Assembly (NCBI RefSeq): GCF_965237495.1 | Contig: NZ_OZ250143.1 | Location: forward strand, 599,786 to 663,785 | Length of the DNA stretch: 64,000 nt | Direction: 5' to 3' | From: Candidatus Palauibacter sp. | GTDB lineage: Bacteria > Gemmatimonadota > Gemmatimonadetes > Palauibacterales > Palauibacteraceae | Shown: positions 1 to 9,137 of the stretch, in pieces | How the letters are laid out: every line of letters begins with the position of its first letter | Numbering within the stretch: the stretch's first letter is position 1 | The notes under the pieces: generated by a model | Seen by the model: only the letters and a program-made list of their open reading frames with translations | The model's database searches: none | What the model was told of the DNA's origin: nothing | Program-made: the position numbers and the translations under genes

Positions 1-1995
1 GGGTCGCGAATTCCCTTCGGCGCCCGGAGGATTCCGCCGCTCCCATGATGGGATCTTCGAATTCTCTCTGGAAATCGCTTCGGCTTCCCAACTGACCTGG
101 CTGGGCAAAATCCACAATGCACCAGAGTTCGCGCAGACTGTTCTCGACGGGCGTACCGGTCAGCGCGAGGCGAAGATTGCTCTTCATGCCCTTAACGGCG
201 GCCGTGGTCTGCGCCCCCGGATTCTTGACTTTCTGCGCCTCATCGCAGGCGACGAAGGTCCAATCCACCTGAGCAAGCGTGACTTGGTCGCGCCGCAGCG
301 TCCCGTAGCTCGTGATTACGACTTGGTGCCTGGCGATCCGCATCGGATCACGTTCTCTTCCCGTGCCCAGGTGGTGGTGGATGTCCCGGATCGAGGGACA
401 GAATCTGCGAAGTTCCTCCTCCCAGTTCTGCACGAGGCCGACGGGGACGACCAGCAGGCAGGGGCCGAGTTCTCCCTGCTCCGCCAGGTGGCTCATAAGT
501 GCGATAACCTGAATCGTCTTTCCGAGCCCCATGTCGTCGGCGAGCAGCCCTCCGAAACCCTTGTCGTACAAGAATCGAAGCCATCGATATCCCGTCCGTT
601 GATACGGGTGCATTTCACCGTTGAAGCTGACCGGGTCGGGGTACTCCGGGAGTTCATCCAGGAACTCGAAATCCGGTTGGCGGCCTTCAAACTCAAGCTC
701 GTCCAGGTTGGAGATGACATCGAGAACGAGCGCCCGTGCCCTCGGGATCTCATAGCCGCCACGGCCATTGGGCTGAACTTCCTTCCAGACGTCGAGGAAA
801 TCCCTGGCATGCCGAGGTTCGATCTCCATCCACTCGCCACCGTGGAGGATCCAGGGATCTCCCGACTGCACAACCTGCCCGCAGACTCCCGCGTACTCCT
901 CGGGAGAGAACTGAGGGGGGCACATCGCCGAGTTCCGCCGAGCCGTGCGGCCGCGAAGAGGGTCTCGCGGGGCCGCGCGACTGCCGCGCCTCCCGCAGCC
1001 CAGTCGGGGAGCGATTCCGGAGTCACTTCGATATTGAAGTCGACGTCGAACCAGCCCCGGCTCTTCCCTTGGCCGAACTCAAATGAAGGCTGGGCATTGT
1101 AGCGTCTCGGGACGAGGCCACGTACCCGCAGGCTGAACTGCTCGGCGTCGACCGAATCGGGAAGATACGCTTCCGGATTCGCCAAGAACCGAGGGACATC
1201 TGTCCCTTCGATCTTCGGTCTTGCCTTGATCTCGTCCGCACCCGCCCGCTGCTCCGGGTTGAGCACGAGGCGCTCTCGGCGAGTCCCCTCCGCACGGAAG
1301 TAGGAGCTTCTTGTGGCTCCACGTCCGAGGTCGAAGCCGGAGGTGGCACCTTTCGATCCGATCGGGATCGGCAAGAGTTCGAGCTCTTCCGGGCCGACGC
1401 CGGTAACTTGGACGCCGACGCCTTCCGGAACCACGATGTCCTGGTCCCGCAGATAGGCGTCCAGATTTGCTCCCGCCCGATCCGCCGCCTCTCGAACGTG
1501 CCCGATGAAGAGCAGCTGGTCGTGAAACGAGGGTGCGTCCAGCGTGGAGAAATAGTCGAGGACCGAGTAGAGGTCTGCCACGGCCTCGGGAACGAGCCTC
1601 CACCCGCTGCCCATTCGGACAAAGGCGCCGATGCGATCTTCGGCCGAGAGAGGGCCCACGCCCGGAATTGTCGTCTCGGCGCGAACGCCGAAGTCGCCCG
1701 TCAAGGAAGCGTAGCCCGTGGCGCGAAGGTCTACGCCGACGCCAAGTGACTCCACGGGAAGACCGAACTCGTCGCGAGCGGGTCTCTCAAGTGCGTAGAT
1801 CTCGCGTGTCGGGAGCAGGTATCCCCCCTCAACTTCGTCGACCCGCTCCTCGAGCCATAGTGTCTCGAGGAGTCGGAGAGCGGGCGGGGCCGTTCGAGGA
1901 TCTCCCACTATCGGAAGGGCGGGGGCAGCTCCGTCCGGGGTCGCTTGAACAACACCAAAAAATGCGCCGTGGGGGTGGGGTGCCCAGTCGATCAT
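1..1995 (-). pseudogene. zorD: ZorD-like SNF2-family helicase (type I Zorya); 3' end runs off the window; one frame break near 915-925
   Basis: ATG at 1995 overlaps the zorC stop (ATGA). The first ~355 codons lie in the frame of track ORF 493..3102. From 925 downward another frame (absent from the track because it has no stop in the window) reads ...HPYQRTGYRWLRFLYDKGFGGLLADDMGLGKTIQVIAL...LVVPVGLVQNWEEE...FVACDEAQKVKNPGAQTT...LALTGTPVENSLRELW, which are SNF2 motifs I/Ia/II/III. The two frames meet at a G6 run (+ strand 915-920); one extra base there would join them. Confidence 0.8.
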
Positions 1996-2112
1996 CGGCC
2001 TCGCCGTGCAGTCCCTCTGGTCCACGTCTCCAGATAACGATCGGCCTGGCCCTGCCAGCCCATACCATGGATGAGCCAATTCGGGGTGCTCGACCACCCG
2101 AACCGCACCGTT
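1992..2112 (-). pseudogene. zorC: zorC 3'-terminal fragment, displaced by the IS21-like insertion
   Basis: Tail of track ORF 1992..2258 (...VRFGWSSTPNWLIHGMGWQGQADRYLETWTRGTARRGR*). After removing 2113-4244 plus one CCGTT copy it continues in frame from the 4245..5319 part. Its stop overlaps the zorD ATG. Confidence 0.75.
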
Positions 2113-2268
2113 TGTTGGCGGCCATGCAAAATTCGACAGTTGTGGCCGTCGAAAATCGTACACCTCGGGTGGGTGATCGAAGGCCGGGCTGGGCGGTGGA
2201 TCGGGGGGCTGGTGAGGTTCCCCGGGCCTTTCTCCACTCTGGCGTCTCCATTCAGCACAGGGGGCGCG

Positions 2269-3306
2269 ATGATCGGGAGAGAGAAGCGGGTGCTTCTGCG
2301 ACACTACCTCGAGCAGGGTGTGCCGAAGGCGGCGATCGCTCGGCACGTGGGAGTGAGCCGCGAGACGATCTATCGTTGGATCGCGACGGGGCAGTTGGAC
2401 CGGGATCTGGACGACGAGGCGGTGAGATACCGGCCGAGAGCTCCGGCGCCGTCGAAGCTCGATCCCTACAAGGGGATCATCGACACCCGGCTGGCGGACT
2501 ATCCGAGGCTGAGCGCCGTGCGGCTGTTCAACGAGGTGCGGGCGGCGGGCTATCCTGGCGGCTACGGCCAAGTGAAGCGCTACGTGCGCAGGGTCCGGCC
2601 ACGGGAGCCCGAGGAGCCGGTCCGGAGGTTCGAGACTCCACCGGGCCACCAAGCGCAAGTGGACTTCGCGGAGTTCCGGCTGCCGTGGGGCAAGCGTCAT
2701 GCGCTGATCGTGGTGCTGGGCTACTCGCGGCTGATGTGGCTCAGGTTCTATGAGCGCCAGACGATGCCGGTCGTGATCCGGGGGCTGGAGACATCGTTCG
2801 CTCATTTCAGCGGCGTGCCGTCGGAGCTTCTGTTCGACCAGATGAAGGCCGTCATCACCGGCGACAAGCGCAACGAGGGGGGCCGGCTGGTCGAGAACCC
2901 GGAGTTCCTGCGCTTCAGCGGCCACTGGGGGTTCCGGATCCGGGCGTGCCGCCCGTACCGGGCCCAGACGAAGGGCAAGGTCGAGCGGCCGATCCGCTAC
3001 ATCCGGAACAACTTCTTCTACGGCCGGGACTTCCTCTCCGATGACGACCTCAACGCACGGGCCCTCCTGTGGCTCGACGGCGTGGCCAACGTTCGGATCC
3101 ACGGCACGCTGAAGGAACGTGTGGCGGACCGGTTCGAGCGGGAGCGGCCGTACCTAAATTCCCTGGCACCGTGGCCTTACCGTCCCGTGACGCCGTTGCC
3201 CGAGCTCCAGACGACACAGACCCGGGTTCCTTCGGCACTCCAGGTCGTGGAGGTCGAACGACGTCCGCTGTCCGAGTACGCCGGGATCACGGGAGAGATC
3301 TCGTGA
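2269..3306 (+). CDS. istA: IS21-family transposase IstA
   Basis: MIGREKRVLLRHYLEQGVPKAAIARHVGVSRETIYRWI (HTH), then ...GHQAQVDFAEF...IVVLGYSRLMWLRFYE...LFDQMKAV...RPYRAQTKGKVERPIRYIR (DDE/integrase core). Lies in frame inside track ORF 2071..3306. Confidence 0.9.
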   Translation: MIGREKRVLLRHYLEQGVPKAAIARHVGVSRETIYRWIATGQLDRDLDDEAVRYRPRAPAPSKLDPYKGIIDTRLADYPRLSAVRLFNEVRAAGYPGGYGQVKRYVRRVRPREPEEPVRRFETPPGHQAQVDFAEFRLPWGKRHALIVVLGYSRLMWLRFYERQTMPVVIRGLETSFAHFSGVPSELLFDQMKAVITGDKRNEGGRLVENPEFLRFSGHWGFRIRACRPYRAQTKGKVERPIRYIRNNFFYGRDFLSDDDLNARALLWLDGVANVRIHGTLKERVADRFERERPYLNSLAPWPYRPVTPLPELQTTQTRVPSALQVVEVERRPLSEYAGITGEIS

Positions 3307-4121
3307 AGGCCCGGTCCCGGAGCACGCGCATCGCGGCCCAACTCGCCGATCTGAAGATGCCCGGCGCCCTGGAAGCCCTCGACGAGGTGCTTGCCGCGGT
3401 GGACGGCGGCGGAACCACCGCGGCAGAAGCCATCGAGCGGCTCCTGACCGCCCAGATCACGCTGCGCAACAGCCGGCGCCTCGCCACCGCCATGCGATCG
3501 AGCCGTCTTCCGGCGATCAAGACGCTCGCGGACTTCGACTTCAGCTTCCAGCCCTCGGTCAAGCGGGAGCAGATCGACTCGCTTCACGAGCTCGGCTTCC
3601 TGGAGCGCAAGGAGAACGTCGTCTTCCTCGGCCCGCCCGGCGTCGGCAAGACACATCTGGCGATCAGTCTGGCCATCGCCGCGGCCGAGAGCGGGCGCAG
3701 GGTCTACTACGGGACGCTCACGGATCTCATCGACTCCCTCGAAGAGGCCGAGGCCGCCGGCCGGCTCAACCACCGGCTCAAGACCCTCACCCACCCCGCG
3801 CTCCTGGTCGTGGACGAGATCGGCTACCTCCCGGTCACCCGCAGCGGTGCCATCCTGTTCTTCCAGCTCGTCAACCGGCGCTACGAGCACGCCTCGACGG
3901 TGCTGACCTCGAACAAGGGCTTCGAGCAGCGGGGAGAGATCCTGCACGACGAGGTCATGGCCGCCGCGCTGCTGGACCGGCTACTGCACCGCTGCCACAT
4001 GGTCAACATCCGGGGCAACAGCTACCGGATGCGACGCCATCTGGAACTCTCCAAGGCCATCCACCCGACCGCCTCCCGGGCGGTCTCGGCGGATCGCTCG
4101 GAACACGGAGGGACTCGGTGA
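3303..4121 (+). CDS. istB: IS21-family helper ATPase IstB
   Basis: GTG start overlaps the istA stop (GTGA). Walker A GPPGVGKTHLA and Walker B LLVVDEIGYLP, then ...LFFQLVNRRYEHASTVLTSNKGF. Confidence 0.9.
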   Translation: MKARSRSTRIAAQLADLKMPGALEALDEVLAAVDGGGTTAAEAIERLLTAQITLRNSRRLATAMRSSRLPAIKTLADFDFSFQPSVKREQIDSLHELGFLERKENVVFLGPPGVGKTHLAISLAIAAAESGRRVYYGTLTDLIDSLEEAEAAGRLNHRLKTLTHPALLVVDEIGYLPVTRSGAILFFQLVNRRYEHASTVLTSNKGFEQRGEILHDEVMAAALLDRLLHRCHMVNIRGNSYRMRRHLELSKAIHPTASRAVSADRSEHGGTR

Positions 4122-4244
4122 TGCGCGCCGACCAGATCCTCTCGGAACGTCCCGCTCCGGTCGCTCCGCTCCCTCCGCGGCGCGTTCCGAAAAGTGTCCC
4201 ATTTTCGACGGCCAGAAGTGTCATATTTTCGATGGCCATTGACA

Positions 4245-5319
4245 CCGTTTCTCGCCTCTTCAGGGCCGCCGGACTGCGTGGTTTCGTGGCTCGCAGCTGA
4301 CGTGCCTGTTGCCGCGCGTAGAAATAAGCGGCATTCCCCACCTCGAAGAACTCGACCACGGCGAACTCTTCGAATACAAGCCAGGCGTATTCTGTGCCCC
4401 CAGCCCTCCCGGTCTCCACATCGATCATCTCCGATACCCTACTCAACCAATAGCCATGGCGGTCGGTGTCTCCAGAGAACGCACGATCGAGTCTCATCCG
4501 CAGGAGCCAGCGCAGAAAGGCATCGCTGCGGTCTTGCGGCACGAGATTCCAGAACGCAGCACGCGGGCCACGAGGAGATCCGTAACTGGACTCGATCGCC
4601 CGCAGAACTGGGTCCTCCCACTCGCCAACGCGTAACGTGACGAGATAGTGCCTCGCAAACCCCTGTTGCCCGAGCGGGTTCAGTTCCGGAAGCCAGCGCA
4701 GGAGTCGTTCGGCACCCTCGGCCCGCAGCTGACTGGATGTCCCCTGGGTCATCACGGCCGTCCGCACCGCGCGCGCCAACGGTGTGTTCGGGCGGAGCGG
4801 GCTTTCCGCAAGATCAGCCAGGTCGGAGTAGGTGTGGCCTTGGGTGGCCAGCCATTTCCGAACAATCTCGCCCGGATTGCGGGCTCCCACCCAGCGACCG
4901 ACCTCTGCCTCCATACCCTCGCGGGCGATCAAGCTCCAACCGTACTGGTCACCGGCCAAAGCGCATAAGTCCGTCACTTCGGTAACGCCCGGATGCTCTT
5001 CCCAGGTCAGCCAAAGCTTAGGCAGCAGCCGCCGGTTCATGCGCCGTCGAACAATGCCGGCCGCCGCGGGGCGCACGTCATCCCACCGTCCCAGCGATCG
5101 CGCGATGCCCCGCACATCGCGACCCGATAACCCATCGGCCAGTCGGCGCAGAGCCACGCTGTCGGCAACGCACTCCCGGATACGGTCATGAAGCGCCTCG
5201 AGGCGGGTGTGTGACGCGTCTACCATCGCCCGCGCCGTCGAGGGATGCGCCTGCACCACTTCGCGCCGGACATTCGCCAGCTTCCGAGGGCTGTAGTCGA
5301 GAATCACCCGTCGACTCAT
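4245..5319 (-). pseudogene. zorC: ZorC-like protein, 5' portion (interrupted at 4244/4245 by IS21)
   Basis: Track ORF 4003..5319; its ATG overlaps the zorB stop (ATGA at 5316-5319). The assignment rests on position between the MotB-like and SNF2 genes and on size (396 aa after rejoining). I did not verify the EH-signature motif by eye. The track ORF's last ~80 codons are IS21 end sequence read through. Confidence 0.65.
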
Positions 5320-6107
5320 CGATCTTCCGACCTGAAGAAGAGCCGCTCGAGGATTTCCTGGATGACCTGCTCATCGTTCAAGCGAAACCGGATCTCAATG
5401 CGTCGGGAGCCCTCCTTATCCACGACGGTCGAGTCCGGAGCGAGAAACAGCAGGTCGGAGAACGAACGGCCGTTCGCCGTCACATACTGGCGCAACGCGT
5501 CCTCATATTCTGTGGATTGCTGCAGCAGGAACTGCATGACGCTGGAAGCACGATCCTGAGAAAGCCCGAGGTTGAACAAGTAGTTATCCTCAACCCGGTC
5601 GGGTGGGAAAGGTCCGTCCTGATCGGTGTGACCTTCTATCACGATCTCTTGCAGATGCTCTTCGAAGCGCGGGATTCCCAGCAGGACGGGCAGGTAGTCG
5701 GCCGCGAACTCGCCCAACCTCTCGCGCCCCAGTTGCCGGAGGTCGCTCGAGCCCCGATCGAAGAGCACCTCGCCTCCGAACCGGACCGATCCGGTCACGG
5801 TGTCGACCCGAAGAAAGCCCCGGCCCTCGAATCGAGCCCGAAGAGTGTCGGCGATCGCCCGGCGTGTCTCGACGAGATCCTGCACAGGGGCGGCCCGGTC
5901 CTGGTAGGTATGGAAGGCGGTCAACAACAGCAGGGCGAAGACCATCAGGAGTCCCGCGAGCAAATCGGCGTAGCTCAGCCAGTACTGATGCGGCGCGCTC
6001 TCGCCCGTCCAGTCGTGGGAGCGACCCTTAAACACGTCTGGACGTTTCCTCTCCGGTCCAGCGGCCGTCACGCTGCTCGAGGGCGTTCCGGAGGCGAACC
6101 AACTCAT
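5316..6107 (-). CDS. zorB: ZorB-like MotB/OmpA-family peptidoglycan-binding protein
   Basis: Single TM segment (YWLSYADLLAGLLMVFALLLLTAF), then an OmpA-like C-terminus (VRFGGEVLFDRGSSDL...IVIEGHTDQDG...NLGLSQDRASSVMQFL). The ATG at 6107 would overlap zorA by 80 nt. An in-frame GTG at 6035 overlaps the zorA stop by only 8 nt and is an alternative start. Confidence 0.8.
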   Translation of the reverse strand: MSWFASGTPSSSVTAAGPERKRPDVFKGRSHDWTGESAPHQYWLSYADLLAGLLMVFALLLLTAFHTYQDRAAPVQDLVETRRAIADTLRARFEGRGFLRVDTVTGSVRFGGEVLFDRGSSDLRQLGRERLGEFAADYLPVLLGIPRFEEHLQEIVIEGHTDQDGPFPPDRVEDNYLFNLGLSQDRASSVMQFLLQQSTEYEDALRQYVTANGRSFSDLLFLAPDSTVVDKEGSRRIEIRFRLNDEQVIQEILERLFFRSEDR

Positions 6108-6269
6108 CTTCCACGGCCTTGGCCTGACCCGAGGCGGCGTTCAGCGAGGCCGGGAGCGGCTCAAGCGCGAGGATGGAGTCGGTAAGAGCCGATAGCTTCT
6201 CCTCGGAAGCCCGCACCGGAGCGAGCGTCTCGGAAATCGCCTCCTCGATGCGCGTCACACCGGGGACTA
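6028..6269 (-). pseudogene. zorA: zorA fragment 3 of 3 (C-terminal end of the tail)
   Basis: ...VPGVTRIEEAISETLAPVRASEEKLSALTDSILALEPLPASLNAASGQAKAVEDELVRLRNALEQ... ending TAA at 6028. Joins fragment 2 in frame once 6270-7488 and one TA are removed. Confidence 0.8.
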
Positions 6270-7488
6270 GTGTCATGTCACACGTGATATGTCGTAAGGA
6301 GCGTGATAGACTTCTTGCCGGTCCACAATGGCGAGGAGGCTGGCATGAAACGGTATTTGGTGGAGTTGGAAGCGGGGGAGCGCGAGGCGTTGGCGGCGAT
6401 GACACGCAAGGGTTCACATCGTTCGCGGAAGGTGATCAACGCGCTGGTTCTGCTCAATTGCGACGAGGGCGAGTTCAACGAGCGGCGCACGACCGGCGGG
6501 GAGATCGCCGGGGTGTCGCGGATCAGCGCGCGCAGGGTGGACCGGGTCAAGAAGCGGTTTGTGGAGGACGGTCTGGAAGCGGCGCTTGGGGGCCGGCGGG
6601 GTCGTCGCGCGAAGTACCTTCGCAAGGCGGACGGCGAATTCGAGGCGCGGCTGGTCGCGCTCAGTTGCGGCGATCCGCCCGAGGGGCGCGCGCGGTGGTC
6701 GCTGCGCCTGTTGGCGGACCGCGCGGTGGAACTCGGCTATATCGACAGCGTCTCGCACGAGACGGTGCGGCGGGTGCTAAAAAAAACGCCATCAAACCGT
6801 GGCGGCGCGTCGGCTGGGTGATCCCGCCGCGGCGCAATGCCGACTTCGCAGCGGGGATGGAGCGGGTGCTCGACGTCTACCGGCGTCCGTACGATGCGAA
6901 CTTACCGGTGGTGTGCATGGACGAGACGCCGCGCCAGCTGATCGGCGAGACGCGCACGCCCGTCCCGCCGGCACCGGGACGGGCGGCCCGCGAAGACTAC
7001 GAGTACCGGCGCCTCGGCACCTGCAACGTGTTCATGGCCACCGAACCACTGGCCGGCCGGCGCCAGACCAAGGTGACCGAGCGCAGGACCAAAACCGACT
7101 GGGCCCGCTTCCTGCGCGACATCGCCGCGCAGTACCCCGGCGCCACCCGAATCACGCTGGTGATGGACAACCTCAACACGCACCGCCCCGGCGCGCTCCA
7201 CGAAACCTTCGAACCCGCCGAGGCCAAGGCGCTTTGGGATCGCTTCGAGTTCGTCCATACCCCCAAGCACGGCAGTTGGCTGAATGTCGCCGAGGTCGAA
7301 CTCAACGTCATGATCCGCCAGTGCCTCAATCGCCGCATCGACTCCATCGACACCCTACGCGCCGAAGTCGCCGCCTGGCAGGCGGCCAGAGACCGAATCC
7401 AAGCCAAGGTCAACTGGCAATTCACCACGGACGACGCACGTGTCAAGCTCAAGCGCCTCTATCCGACGTTTGCTGTGTGACATGACAC
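6270..7488 (+). mobile_element. IS630/Tc1-mariner-family insertion sequence
   Basis: Perfect 14-bp terminal inverted repeats: GTGTCATGTCACAC at 6270-6283 and its complement at 7475-7488. Flanked by TA (6268-6269) and TA (7489-7490), the TA duplication characteristic of IS630. Confidence 0.9.
6345..7480 (+). CDS. IS630-family transposase, two frames joined at an A8 run (-1 shift at 6779-6786)
   Basis: The upstream frame (MKRYLVELEAGEREALAAMTRKG...HETVRRVLKK) reaches the A8 run. The -1 frame continues KKNAIKPWRRVGWVIPP...VCMDETP...LVMDNLNTHR...TPKHGSWLNVAEVEL (DDE). The joined sequence VLKKNAIKPW matches the usual IS630 junction. Confidence 0.85.
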
Positions 7489-7771
7489 TAGGTCCTCGGT
7501 GGCTTCTCGCAATTCTGCCAACGTGCCGGACAGATGGTTCACCACCGTGGCCATCTCGGTATCGAAACGCGCGAAGACCTCCTGCAGCTTCTCTTGAGTG
7601 ACGCTCGTGAACTCGGTGAGACTCCCTTCGAGGGCTGTGGCGAGTGCATCCAGATTGCCCTTCAGATCGTTCCAGAATCCGATGAGCCGATCTACCTGGC
7701 CTCCCGTCTCATCCAGCTGGGTGGCGAGCGCCGTGCGAAGCTCCACATTGGCTTCCGTGAACGCGTCGACC
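7489..7771 (-). pseudogene. zorA: zorA fragment 2 of 3 (tail segment between the IS256-like and IS630-like insertions)
   Basis: ...DAFTEANVELRTALATQLDETGGQVDRLIGFWNDLKGNLDALATALEGSLTEFTSVTQEKLQEVFARFDTEMATVVNHLSGTLAELREATEDL. Overlaps track ORF 7459..7746. Confidence 0.8.
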
Positions 7772-9137
7772 GAGGTCGGGTCAATAGGTGTGTAAACGTC
7801 ATCAGGCGGCGATCCTCTCCCGACCCTCGGGGACGGGCTTTCCGTCCTCGAACCTCTTCCCTTCGTACACCTCTCCCAAGCAAGTGCGGCGCGTTGAGCT
7901 TCCCGGACCTCTTCTCGGCCACCAGCAGCAGCCGCCAGATCAGCGCCGTGGCGTTGTCGACCCGCTTGAACCGCTTCGCGGCCGTCGTGCGCAGCCGGAC
8001 CGAGGCGAACGGGCTCTCCACGACGTTGGTCGTCCGCAGGTGCCGCCAGTGCTTCTCCGGATAGTCGTGGAAGGCCGTCATGCGGTCCCAGTCGTCCTCG
8101 AGCACGGCCACCGCCTTGGCCTCGGCGTCTCCGTAGCGGTCCCGGAAGGCGTCTCTCGCCTCCTTCGCCGCCGCCCGCGAGGGCGCTACGCCGCCGCGCG
8201 CAGCATCTCCCTCGCCGCGGCCTGCTCTCTCTTGGGCAGCCGGTCCAGCACGTTGGTCGTCTTGTGGTTCCAGCACCGCTGCTCGGCCGTCTCCGGCCAC
8301 ACCTCCCGCGCCGCGCCCCAGATGCCCAGGTTCCCGTCGGCGACGAGCAGCTTCGGCGTCCCGAGCCCCCGCGCCTTGAGGTCCCTGAGCACCGCCGCCC
8401 ACGACTCGACCGACTCCCGGTAGCCCGGCGTGACCGCCAGCACCTCCTTCGTCCCGTCGCTCATGGCCCCGATCACCACCAACAGCGCCGCCTTGTCCCG
8501 CTCCAGGCCCGCCTTCACGTAGATCCCGTCCGCCCACGCGTACACGAGCTCACGGTCTCCCAGCGGCCGCCGGCTCCACGCCTCGTGCTCCGCCGTCCAC
8601 CTCGCCCTGAGCCGCCTCACCGAGGACTTCGACAACGGCGCCCCGTCGCCCAACAGCCCCCTGAGCGCCAGCTCGAAATCGCCCTCGGCCAGCCCGTGCG
8701 GGTACAGCTCCGGGATCAGCTCGCCCACCTCCCGCGTCCGGCGCGCGAACAACGGCAGCACCCGGCTCTCGAACCGTTCCTCCAGGCCCCTGACCCGAGG
8801 CCGCCTGACCTCGATCGTCCCCGAACTCGTCGCCAGACGCCGCGGCTTGCCGTACCCGTTCCGGTAGCCCGGAGGCGCGTCCACCGCCGCCCGCCGTTCC
8901 GACTTCACCCGGCCCGGAAGCTCCGTGATCTCCTCCTCCAGTGCCGCCTGGATCAGACCGCGCATCTCCTCCCGCACCCACACCTCCAGCGTCTCCCACG
9001 CTGGCCCGCCGAACCTCTCCCGCGTATCGTTGCCCATGAGGCGACGTCCTTTCTCCGGGTCTCCCCCCGGATCGCTGGTAAACGGTCAGCTGAAAGGTAC
9101 GTCGCCTCGCTTTTTACACACCTTTTGTTCCTACCTC
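7772..9137 (-). mobile_element. IS256-family insertion sequence with a decayed transposase
   Basis: Imperfect ~25-bp terminal inverted repeats: GAGGTCGGGTCAATAGGTGTGTAAA (7772-7796) versus the reverse complement of 9113-9137, GAGGTAGGAACAAAAGGTGTGTAAA. 8-bp direct repeat CGTCGACC at 7764-7771 and 9138-9145. Confidence 0.85.
7802..9037 (-). pseudogene. IS256-family transposase with at least two frame breaks
   Basis: Track ORF 8186..9037 (MGNDTRERF...GYRNGYGKPRRLATSSGTIEVRRPRVR...LVVIGAMSDGTKEVL...CWNHKTTNVL) stops at 8186. The protein continues in another frame (...AFHDYPEKHWRHLRTTNVVESPFASVRLRTTAAKRF...). It needs a further shift near 7865 to reach the family-typical end ...VYEGKRFEDGKPVPEGRERIAA* at 7802. 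Confidence 0.8.

Larger units (their letters stand above)
2113..4244 (+). mobile_element. IS21-family insertion sequence (istA + istB), apparently intact
   Basis: Left terminus is TGTTGGCGGCCATGCAAAATTCGACA (2113-2138). The reverse complement of the right terminus is TGTCAATGGCCATCGAAAATATGACA (ends 4244), giving TG...CA ends. Subterminal repeat copies (GGCCGTCGAAAATCG near 2145; CATTTTCGACGGCC near 4200) are typical of IS21 multi-repeat ends. 5-bp direct repeat CCGTT at 2108-2112 and 4245-4249. Confidence 0.9.
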
